From assembly GCF_004421105.1 (NCBI RefSeq), contig NZ_CP038033.1, forward strand, positions 173,659 through 205,658: 32,000 bases of DNA. The letters run 5' to 3'. Made by a program: the position numbers and the translations under genes. The stretch comes from Nitrosococcus wardiae (GTDB taxonomy: Bacteria; Pseudomonadota; Gammaproteobacteria; Nitrosococcales; Nitrosococcaceae). How positions within the stretch are numbered: the stretch's first letter is position 1; the number at the start of each line of letters is the position of its first letter. Shown in pieces: positions 24,794-32,000 of the stretch. The notes beneath the pieces were generated by a model, which did no database searches, was not told the origin of the DNA, and worked only from the letters and a program-made list of their open reading frames with translations.

Positions 24794-25882
24794 GTGCGGA
24801 TACTCATCGTAAGCGACGCTTGGCGCCCTCAAACCAATGGAGTGGTTACCACTCTTTCCCGAACTCAAAACGAACTTGAACAGGCAGGGCACTCCACCTT
24901 TGTGATTGGCCCGGATCGGTTTCGAACCCTCCCCTGTCCCACCTACCCTGAAATCTCTTTAGCCCTCAATGGGAGTAGCAAACTGCCCGCTTTAATTGAG
25001 GAACTGCAGCCGCAAGCCATCCATATTGCCACTGAAGGCCCCTTAGGCTTAGCAGCCCGAAAATGGTGCCTCCGCCACGGTCATCCCTTTACCACCTCCT
25101 TCCATACCCGCTTTCCAGAATATATTAAATTACGCACCGGTCTTCCCCTGGGGGTAGGTTACCGCTATCTCCGTTGGTTTCATGGGGCTAGCACCCGCAC
25201 AATGGTCGCCACTCATTCCCTCCAAAGAGAACTTTTCTCCAAAAGATTTAGAAACCTAGTGCTATGGCCTCGGGCTGTTGATACCCACTTGTTTTACCCC
25301 CGGGATAAAAATTTTCTTAAACACTCCCGCCCTCTATTTATGTATGTAGGGCGGGTCGCGGTAGAAAAAAACATCCGTGCCTTTTTAAGATTACAGCTAC
25401 CGGGAACCAAAATCGTGGTGGGGGATGGCCCCCAGCTTGATAAGCTCAGTAAGGAATATCCAGAAGTAGTGTTCACAGGGGTCCAAAAAGGGAAAGAACT
25501 GGCCTCCCATTTTGCCGCTGCCGATGTTCTTGTCTTTCCCAGCCGCACTGATACTTTCGGCCTGGTCATGCTGGAAGCTATGGCCTGCGGCGTTCCCGTA
25601 GCCGCGTACCCCGTTCCCGGCCCCATTGATGTGGTTATCAATGGCGAGACGGGCTATCTCAATGAAGATCTGGCCGCTGCCGCCCTCTCTGCCCTGTCTT
25701 TAGATCCCCACCAATGCAGGGTCTATGCAGAAAAATTTACCTGGCCTGTGATTACCCAGCAATTCTTGAATAACCTCGCCCCGATTTCCTATCAACGGGA
25801 TGGGGAAGATCGCGAGACTTCCCCAACTTCACCGCCCATTGAACAAAAAAGTGGCTCCCATCAGCTCAAGCAACATATTTAA
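24794..25882 (+). CDS. Glycosyltransferase family 4 (GT-B, retaining type)
   Basis: N-terminal RILIVSDAWRPQTNGVVTT and C-terminal FPSRTDTFGLVMLEAMACGVPV (E-x7-E region). Either TTG 24791 or GTG 24794 is possible as the start. GAGGA at 24785..24789 favours GTG 24794. Confidence 0.8.
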   Translation: MRILIVSDAWRPQTNGVVTTLSRTQNELEQAGHSTFVIGPDRFRTLPCPTYPEISLALNGSSKLPALIEELQPQAIHIATEGPLGLAARKWCLRHGHPFTTSFHTRFPEYIKLRTGLPLGVGYRYLRWFHGASTRTMVATHSLQRELFSKRFRNLVLWPRAVDTHLFYPRDKNFLKHSRPLFMYVGRVAVEKNIRAFLRLQLPGTKIVVGDGPQLDKLSKEYPEVVFTGVQKGKELASHFAAADVLVFPSRTDTFGLVMLEAMACGVPVAAYPVPGPIDVVINGETGYLNEDLAAAALSALSLDPHQCRVYAEKFTWPVITQQFLNNLAPISYQRDGEDRETSPTSPPIEQKSGSHQLKQHI

Positions 25883-26650
25883 CCCCAGGTATCCAAGACA
25901 AATGGCAAATATCCTTTTTAGAGTTATCGAAGCCACTCTATGGGCAAGCCTTGCCCCTAGGGGGGCAAACAACATACTAGTCGCCACGACACCCACAGCA
26001 GCTGGCCAATACACATAACCGCTGCTCCAAGCAGGTAGCCCCAACTTATCCCATCCCATCCAGATAAACCCACAAGTACCACCGGCTGCGAGGGGAAAAC
26101 CACAAGCACTTGCCGTCCCCACCGCGTTCCGCATGGGAATACCATGCCAAGAGAGGTAGGGCACCGTAAAACTCCCCCCCCCAATCCCAAAAAGCGCGGA
26201 GACTCCCCCAATGACCACACCGACTAGTGCCAGAATCCAGCGTCGCGGTAGGGGATGGACTGCCGTTGGGCGAAACCCCATCCCCATTTGCCATGCAATC
26301 AATAAGGCAAAACCACCGAATAACCCTTTAAGGAGTTGCCCAGAAAGGGCATCGGCAATGACTGCGCCCAACAGTGCGCCGAGCACAATCCCCGGCGCCA
26401 TTGCTGCCATGATTAGCCACAATACGCCCTTCCGGCGGTGATGAGCCCAGATCGCAGTCATCGAGGTGAGCACAATAGTGGCCTGGGAGGTGCCAATAGC
26501 CATGTGCATGCTAAGCTCATCGCTAATCCCCTGGGCCGAGAACACATGCACTAGGACGGCAACAATCACCAGCCCCCCCCCGATTCCAAGTAAACCCGCC
26601 AAGCTCCCCACCAGGGCTCCCAAAGCCAAATAGGTCATCAAATCGCTCAT
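25829..26650 (-). CDS. TauE/SafE (TSUP, DUF81) family anion exporter/permease
   Basis: 273 aa with about 8 TM helices and two internal repeats, each with a GIGGG motif (LLGIGGGLVIV and LFGIGGGSFTVP). Confidence 0.8.
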   Translation of the reverse strand: MSDLMTYLALGALVGSLAGLLGIGGGLVIVAVLVHVFSAQGISDELSMHMAIGTSQATIVLTSMTAIWAHHRRKGVLWLIMAAMAPGIVLGALLGAVIADALSGQLLKGLFGGFALLIAWQMGMGFRPTAVHPLPRRWILALVGVVIGGVSALFGIGGGSFTVPYLSWHGIPMRNAVGTASACGFPLAAGGTCGFIWMGWDKLGLPAWSSGYVYWPAAVGVVATSMLFAPLGARLAHRVASITLKRIFAICLGYLGLNMLLELMGATFLFNGR

Positions 26651-26667
26651 GGCTTGTCGATTTTGTA

Positions 26668-27243
26668 ATGGTATTCAAGTTAATATCAGATTATCTTGAG
26701 ATTGGAGAATTTAACCCCGTGCCAAATCAACGGACCCCCCTTTACCACGGTCGCATTGTCGATCTTGGTCTTGAGATGGTCACATTACCCAATGGCCAGC
26801 AGATCAGTTTAGAGATCGTCCGCCACCCAGGTGGCACGGTGGTGGCAGCTATCGATGACAAACAGCAAATCTGCCTTCTTCGCCAATATCGGCACGCCAC
26901 CGGCGGTTTTATCTGGGAAGTCCCTGCAGGTAAGCTAGATCCGGGCGAAGCTCCATGCACCGCCGCCCAGCGAGAACTTAAAGAAGAAGCCGGAGTCCTT
27001 GCCAGTCATTGGCACGAGCTCGGCGCTATTTATAGTACCCCAGGCTTTTGCGATGAGGTCTTGCACCTTTATCTCGCTCAACAGTTGACTTTTACCTCTT
27101 GCGCTCCTCAGCCTGAGGAATATCTGGAAGTTCATTGGCTTCCCTTTGCCAAAGCCCTAAAGTGGGCCCATAGGGGACAGATCAAGGATGCCAAAACATT
27201 GGTTATCTTATTTCGAGCTGCGGGAGTATTAGGCTTATTCTAG
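26668..27243 (+). CDS. Nudix hydrolase (ADP-ribose pyrophosphatase type)
   Basis: Nudix box GKLDPGEAPCTAAQRELKEEAGV. The N-terminal domain is typical of NudF-like enzymes. Confidence 0.85.
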   Translation: MVFKLISDYLEIGEFNPVPNQRTPLYHGRIVDLGLEMVTLPNGQQISLEIVRHPGGTVVAAIDDKQQICLLRQYRHATGGFIWEVPAGKLDPGEAPCTAAQRELKEEAGVLASHWHELGAIYSTPGFCDEVLHLYLAQQLTFTSCAPQPEEYLEVHWLPFAKALKWAHRGQIKDAKTLVILFRAAGVLGLF

Positions 27244-28503
27244 CCCAGGGATACTGCCATCCCAAAACAACAGGCTGCCCCCCCCCGTAACGACGGAGAG
27301 CAAAAAAACCCCTAAGACAGGCAACCCGAAACGCGCCCCTCCTATGCCCCAAGCAAGCCCGCCTTTCACCAAGGTGTTCACCACCGCAGCTAAAAAAATC
27401 CCTATGGCGGCAACTATTAGAGCATTAGCCTCATCTTGAGCCATCCGGGCTAAAGTAAGGGAAATAGCATCCACATCACTGAGGCCTGAGATTCCAGCCA
27501 CCACATAGAGTCCAATATCCCCAAACCATTCCTTCAAGGCCCGTGAAGCCAACATCACCAACGCCAATAAACCACCAAATTTCACCGCCATCCCCAAATC
27601 ACAGGGATTTTCCAGTGCAAGATGGGGGGTAGTCTGGCGTTTAGCTCCCCGCCAAAGCCAGTACCCTCCCCCAAAGATGATGATACTCATCAAGCCCAGG
27701 GGGAAGAGTAAATCAACCGCCACGGGAGGGTAGATAATGCCCACCACCAGCAAGAGCCGCGGAAACATGGTCGCAGCGGCAAACGCGATCCCTGCTCCCA
27801 GTAAACGCTGGCCTTGGGGATTTGCGCGGGCGACTCGGGAAAAATTCAAGGTCAAAGCAGTCGAAGACACTAACCCCGCAGACAAGGCAGTCACAAGTAC
27901 GCCTCGGCCTGCTCCTCCAATGCGGACAGCAAAGTAACCCATAAAAGACACCCCGGCAATCAAAACCACCATCCACCAAATTTCATAGGGATTGAGCGCT
28001 TGCCAAGGGCCAAATCCTTGATTGGGTAATACCGGCAACAATACTACAGAGATAAGCAAGAGCTTATAAACCGCATACAGTTCTTCCTGGCGCAGCCGCG
28101 CTATCCAGCCATGCAAAACGGGCTTAAGGCCCAAGAGTACGGTGACCACCACAGCCACTGCTGCCGCAACGCTCTCATAGCCCATCACAGTCAAAGCGCC
28201 TAAGGCAAAGGTCACCAAAGTCGCAACAACCGTGGTCATTCCCCGATCGCCACTTCGCCTGACACTGTCAAAGTAGGAAACAAACACCAATAAAGCGAAG
28301 GCTAAAAAGGTAAACCCCAGCAGAATAGACCCCGCTTGCTCAGCCAAAAGGGCACATAACCCCCCTAACAGGCTAATTAATCCAAAGGTGCGGAGTCCAG
28401 CGATCCGGGTCCCCTCTTCCGCATGGCGCTCCTGCCATCCCCGCTCCAACCCTACCAGCAAACCTAATGCAAGGGCCAACCCCAACTGCTCAAAGAGCTC
28501 CAT
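27235..28503 (-). CDS. MgtC/SapB-family membrane protein with a DUF4010-type C-terminal half
   Basis: The N-terminus LALGLLVGLERGWQERHAEEGTRIAGLRTFGLISLLGG is the MgtC-family signature region. 422 aa, polytopic. Confidence 0.75.
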   Translation of the reverse strand: MELFEQLGLALALGLLVGLERGWQERHAEEGTRIAGLRTFGLISLLGGLCALLAEQAGSILLGFTFLAFALLVFVSYFDSVRRSGDRGMTTVVATLVTFALGALTVMGYESVAAAVAVVVTVLLGLKPVLHGWIARLRQEELYAVYKLLLISVVLLPVLPNQGFGPWQALNPYEIWWMVVLIAGVSFMGYFAVRIGGAGRGVLVTALSAGLVSSTALTLNFSRVARANPQGQRLLGAGIAFAAATMFPRLLLVVGIIYPPVAVDLLFPLGLMSIIIFGGGYWLWRGAKRQTTPHLALENPCDLGMAVKFGGLLALVMLASRALKEWFGDIGLYVVAGISGLSDVDAISLTLARMAQDEANALIVAAIGIFLAAVVNTLVKGGLAWGIGGARFGLPVLGVFLLSVVTGGGSLLFWDGSIPGLE

Positions 28504-28539
28504 GGGCTACCCCCTGCCAACAATCAAAGGGCACGAGAA

Positions 28540-29025
28540 CTAATCAGCCAGTTGCAAGGCCAGCAAAAGTGCATCTTCACGCCCTTTATGGGCCGGATAA
28601 TAGCCTTTGCGGGTACCGACCTCATTAAAACCAAATTTATGGTAGAGACCTAGCGCTGGATAATTGGAAGGACGCACCTCCAGGAAGACTGTACTTGCCC
28701 CCCGCTCCCTGGAGATCTTTAAAAGGTGGCGTAAGATATACCGTCCACAACCTTGGTGTTGATGGTCAGGATGAACGCAAATATTCAGCACATGAGCTTC
28801 ACCGGCCCTCACCGCGACAACGCCATAACCATAAATCTCGCCATCCCGCTCATAGACCCAAGCATCATAGCCAGCCTGGAGGCAGTCGGTAAAGGTACCC
28901 TCGGTCCAGGGAAAGGCACAAGCCGCCCGCTCAATTGCCCCGACCACCTTCAGATCGGCATCCCTCATAGGCCGGGGCGCAAATCCCCGCAGTCTACTTA
29001 GTAACTTTTGCAACAATTTCGCCAC
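28540..29025 (-). CDS. rimI: Ribosomal-protein-alanine N-acetyltransferase (GNAT)
   Basis: IERAACAFPWTEGTF, NICVHPDHQHQGCGRYILRHL (acetyl-CoA site Q/RxxGxG/A), LEVRPSN..A..LY.K.GF, and YYPAHKGREDAL. The start is uncertain: GTG 29025 or ATG 28968. Confidence 0.75.
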   Translation of the reverse strand: MAKLLQKLLSRLRGFAPRPMRDADLKVVGAIERAACAFPWTEGTFTDCLQAGYDAWVYERDGEIYGYGVVAVRAGEAHVLNICVHPDHQHQGCGRYILRHLLKISRERGASTVFLEVRPSNYPALGLYHKFGFNEVGTRKGYYPAHKGREDALLLALQLAD

Positions 29026-29070
29026 CCTTTAATCTACCTTTGATAATATTTGATAACACCAAAGGCATTA

Positions 29071-29763
29071 TCAAAGTTCCCGGTACACTTTAAGCGCCAA
29101 TCGCAGATCCTGCCAAGCCCGTCGTTTTTCCCGTGGCGAGCGCAGCAGATAAGCAGGATGATAGGTCACAACCAAAGGGATTGTGGTATCTGGGTATTGG
29201 TGCACGATTCCGCGCAGGCGCCCCAAGGGTGCCGAAGTCTTGAGAAGATTTTGCCCCGCCACCCGCCCTACCGCGAGGATAATTCGGGGCTGTAATAAGG
29301 CCATTTGGTGCCGAAGGTAAGGTTCACAACTGGCGACCTCTTCGGGTAAGGGATCCCGATTCTTGGGTGGGCGACATTTGAGGATATTGGCAATGTAGAC
29401 CTGCCCCCGTTGGAGCCCTAGCGCCTCTAGCATGGCATTGAGCAATTGCCCCGCGCGACCTACAAAAGGCTCCCCCTGGCGATCTTCATCAGCTCCTGGC
29501 GCTTCCCCCACAATCAACCATTTGGCCTCCCGATCCCCCACTCCAAATACGGTTTGAGTCCGGCTACAGTGCAATGAACAAGCCGTGCAGCCGGCAACGC
29601 GAGCGGCAAGTTCTTCCCATCCCGGTGCGATTTCAGCAGGCATACTCTCCCCAGGCATTCCACCAACTTCCATGGTCGGTGCTCTTTCAGCATTTGCGGG
29701 TTGGCGCTGCCGCCAAAGTTGGATTCCCATCACCTCTAGATAACGCCGATGGCGTGAGTCCAT
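29071..29763 (-). CDS. Uracil-DNA glycosylase, family 4 (Fe-S type)
   Basis: GEAPGADEDRQGEPFVGRAGQLLN motif, the Cys pattern CTACSLHC, and HPAYLLR near the C-terminus. Confidence 0.85.
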   Translation of the reverse strand: MDSRHRRYLEVMGIQLWRQRQPANAERAPTMEVGGMPGESMPAEIAPGWEELAARVAGCTACSLHCSRTQTVFGVGDREAKWLIVGEAPGADEDRQGEPFVGRAGQLLNAMLEALGLQRGQVYIANILKCRPPKNRDPLPEEVASCEPYLRHQMALLQPRIILAVGRVAGQNLLKTSAPLGRLRGIVHQYPDTTIPLVVTYHPAYLLRSPREKRRAWQDLRLALKVYREL

Positions 29764-29773
29764 AGCGTCCGCC

Positions 29774-31309
29774 TCAAACCTGAGGGTAAGCGCGCTCTAC
29801 CGGGTACAGGATCTTATTGAGGGCATTAACATACGCTTTGGCCGAGGCCACCACGATGTCGGTATCCGCCCCTTGCCCATTGGCAATACGCCCATTTTTT
29901 TTCAGCCGAACGGTCACTTCTCCCTGGGCATCGGTACCACCAGTAATACTATTCACCGAGTAAAGCAATAATTCCGTATTGCTCTGGAGAATAGAATCGA
30001 TAGCTTTATAAGCCGCATCCACTGGCCCACTACCCAGGGCAGTCGCTTGCTGCTCTATACTATCTACATTTAAGGCCACAGCAGCCGTGGCAGTTTCTCC
30101 TGTTTCAGAGGCCACCTTGAGCCATAAGAGTTTGAAACGCTCGTTTTCAGCAGCCAAATTAGTATCGGTTACCAGCGCTTGGAGATCATCATCGTAAATT
30201 TCATGCTTTTTATCCGCCAACTCCTTGAAACGCTGAAAAGTCGCATTTAATTCCTCTTCCGTCTCTAGCTCAATGCCCAGTTCTCGCAAACGAGACCGGA
30301 ACGCATTGCGTCCAGAATGCTTGCCAAGAACCATGCGATTGGCATGCCAGCCCACATCTTCCGGACTAATAATCTCATAGGTCTGACGTTCCTTGAGCAC
30401 GCCATCCTGATGGATGCCGGATTCGTGGGCAAAGGCATTCGCTCCCACAATGGCTTTATTCGGCTGCACAGGAAAACCGGTAATCCCCGAGACTAAACGG
30501 GAGGTGGGAACGATCTGGGTGGTATCGATATTAGTGTCGCAGGGAAAGAAGTCCTGGCGAGTTCTAACGGCCATGACCACCTCCTCCAGGGCAGCATTGC
30601 CAGCCCGCTCCCCAAGCCCATTGATGGTACACTCTACCTGGCGAGCACCGTTCATTACGGCAGCCAAAGAGTTGGCCACCGCCAATCCTAGATCATTATG
30701 GCAATGGACTGAGAAAATAGCCTGGTCTGAGTTTGGCACTCGCTCAAGGAGGGTGCGGATAAGTTGACCAAACTGATCTGGGAGATTGTAGCCTACTGTG
30801 TCAGGAATGTTAACAGTCCGAGCACCGGCAGCAATCACAGCTTCCAAGATCCGGCATAGAAATTCAATATCCGAACGCCCTGCATCTTCGGGGGAAAACT
30901 CCACATCGTCGGTATATTTTCTCGCCCGTTTTACCGCTTTCACAGCATGTTCTAGGACTTGGTCTGGTTCCATCCGGAGCTTCATTTTCATATGGATAGG
31001 CGAGGTCGCAATGAAAGTGTGAATCCGGGCCGCTTCAGCCCCAGCCAAAACTTCACCAGCCCGATCGATATCTGCTCCTAAAGCTCGAGCCAGACCGCAC
31101 ACCGTGCTCTCACGCACCGCCTTGACTACCGCCTGTACCGCCTCAAAATCACCCTGACTAGCCACGGGAAAACCCGCCTCAATGACATCCACCCCCATAC
31201 GCTCCAGGGCTTTAGCGATACGCACCTTTTCTTCCCGAGTCATGGATGCACCGGGGCTTTGTTCGCCATCCCGCAAGGTAGTATCAAAAATGATCAATTT
31301 ATCTTTCAT
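29774..31309 (-). CDS. leuA: 2-isopropylmalate synthase
   Basis: [45 protein letters not shown], and a C-terminal LeuA regulatory domain. The track start at 31324 is a GTG without a Shine-Dalgarno. ATG 31309 aligns with the usual LeuA N-terminus. Confidence 0.95.
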   Translation of the reverse strand: MKDKLIIFDTTLRDGEQSPGASMTREEKVRIAKALERMGVDVIEAGFPVASQGDFEAVQAVVKAVRESTVCGLARALGADIDRAGEVLAGAEAARIHTFIATSPIHMKMKLRMEPDQVLEHAVKAVKRARKYTDDVEFSPEDAGRSDIEFLCRILEAVIAAGARTVNIPDTVGYNLPDQFGQLIRTLLERVPNSDQAIFSVHCHNDLGLAVANSLAAVMNGARQVECTINGLGERAGNAALEEVVMAVRTRQDFFPCDTNIDTTQIVPTSRLVSGITGFPVQPNKAIVGANAFAHESGIHQDGVLKERQTYEIISPEDVGWHANRMVLGKHSGRNAFRSRLRELGIELETEEELNATFQRFKELADKKHEIYDDDLQALVTDTNLAAENERFKLLWLKVASETGETATAAVALNVDSIEQQATALGSGPVDAAYKAIDSILQSNTELLLYSVNSITGGTDAQGEVTVRLKKNGRIANGQGADTDIVVASAKAYVNALNKILYPVERAYPQV

Positions 31310-31415
31310 TACTGGCTGCTCCACTCACTATATACGGCGTTGAAACACCGCCGGAACTTGAATCTCCGTCGGCGAGACTGCTGGTTGAATTGTTGAGTTG
31401 ATTATTTTCCTGCCC

Positions 31416-31505
31416 CTAGCAGGGCAGCAGCAGGGCCAAAGCAGCCAGGTACAGGCCAGGAAGCCCCAGGAGGGGGTAGTTGAAAGGATAAGTGAACAGC
31501 GTCAT
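31416..31505 (-). promoter_or_regulatory. Candidate Leu-rich leader ORF upstream of leuA (MTLFTYPFNYPLLGLPGLYLAALALLLPC)
   Basis: 29 codons, 10 of them Leu, with CTGCTGCTG two codons before the stop. It ends 106 nt before the leuA ATG. No convincing Shine-Dalgarno and only weak hairpins downstream. Confidence 0.25.
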
Positions 31506-31552
31506 GACGAACATAACATTACTATATAGGGATTATTGGCAAATGCCAATGC

Positions 31553-32000
31553 CTATTTTTCGTCATCGTCTATTTTAGTAGAACCCAACGGAACACGACG
31601 CTGTAGCCGGTGCTGGCGAAGCTGGATCAAAGTCACCACGGGTCCCGACAAGGCATACAACAAAAAGGCAATAAATAATACCTTAGGCGGATCGGTCGAT
31701 ATCAAAACAAAGATCAACACGACCAGCAATATAGCCACAAAGGGGACCTTTTCCCGACTATCCAAACCCTTGAAACTATAGTAGCGGATGTTACTGACCA
31801 TAAAAGCAGCCGTCAGGATGGTTAGCACCCAAGCAGGAAGCAGGAGAGTTGCACCCGCGATGCCAGCATCCACGGCAAACCACACCAAACCTGCTAAACA
31901 AGCAGCCGCAGAAGGGCTGGCCAAGCCCTGGAAATAACGCTTATCAGCAATCCCCACCTGAGTATTAAAACGGGCTAGCCGGAGAGCAGCACAAGCCGCA
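31553..32000 (-). CDS. pssA: CDP-diacylglycerol--serine O-phosphatidyltransferase, C-terminal part (5' end beyond the window)
   Basis: The frame is open to base 32000 upstream of the track ORF (…AACAALRLARFNTQVGIADKRYFQGLASPSAAA). LRLARFN and YFxGLPSPAAA-type motifs plus C-terminal TM helices fit the small CDP-alcohol transferase type of PssA. Confidence 0.8.
   Translation of the reverse strand, partial: AACAALRLARFNTQVGIADKRYFQGLASPSAAACLAGLVWFAVDAGIAGATLLLPAWVLTILTAAFMVSNIRYYSFKGLDSREKVPFVAILLVVLIFVLISTDPPKVLFIAFLLYALSGPVVTLIQLRQHRLQRRVPLGSTKIDDDEK

Noticed and set aside
25829-25882. 54-bp convergent overlap of the glycosyltransferase and TauE/SafE genes, and a 9-bp overlap of the Nudix and MgtC-like genes at 27235..27243.
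   Set aside because: Convergent 3' overlaps of this size are common and involve non-conserved C-terminal tails. I see no evidence of a functional antisense arrangement.
1-32000. Searched by eye for CRISPR arrays, IS or transposase and integrase genes, phage genes, toxin-antitoxin pairs and known defence-system hallmarks.
   Set aside because: I found no regularly spaced direct repeats and no DDE, tyrosine-recombinase or nuclease/helicase defence-type ORFs. The window reads as core chromosome, apart from the small low-GC pair at 8802..9828 and the MITE-like inverted repeat at 3763..3901.

Overview
Chromosomal segment that looks like a Nitrosococcus-type gammaproteobacterial ammonia oxidiser, roughly 50% GC by eye (not computed). 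From left to right it contains the following. (1) The distal part of a minus-strand suf Fe-S operon (Rrf2 regulator, sufB, sufC, start of sufD), with sufC split by a 1-nt frameshift in a G7 run. (2) rpe-gph-trpE-trpG-trpD-trpC on the plus strand, with an 18-codon leader ORF ending in tandem Trp codons just ahead of trpE. (3) Two uncharacterised envelope genes. (4) The copper membrane monooxygenase operon amoC-amoA-amoB-amoD on the minus strand, with strong hairpins after amoC, amoB and amoD. (5) serB and a CBS-pair gene. (6) A two-gene copper module: a multicopper oxidase with permuted copper motifs, followed by a His/Met-rich CopI-like cupredoxin, both with a C-terminal membrane anchor. (7) A 0.74 kb gene-poor, structure-rich spacer containing a 37-codon hydrophobic ORF that has its own promoter-like signals. 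(8) prkA-yeaH(DUF444)-spoVR. (9) Housekeeping genes: GT4 glycosyltransferase, TauE/SafE permease, Nudix hydrolase, MgtC/DUF4010, rimI, family-4 UDG, leuA and partial pssA. I saw no rRNA, tRNA, CRISPR, transposase or integrase signatures. The best candidate for something undescribed is the set of tail-anchored periplasmic copper proteins around amo (AmoD plus the oxidase/cupredoxin pair). Secondary leads are the intrinsic-terminator-like hairpin inside amoCAB, the sufC frameshift (a -1 slip restores the exact protein), the trpE leader, a 13-bp perfect inverted repeat pair between rpe and gph, and the small ORF with its structured spacer. All protein-family calls rest on motifs I recognise by eye and on recalled family knowledge. 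No database search was run.
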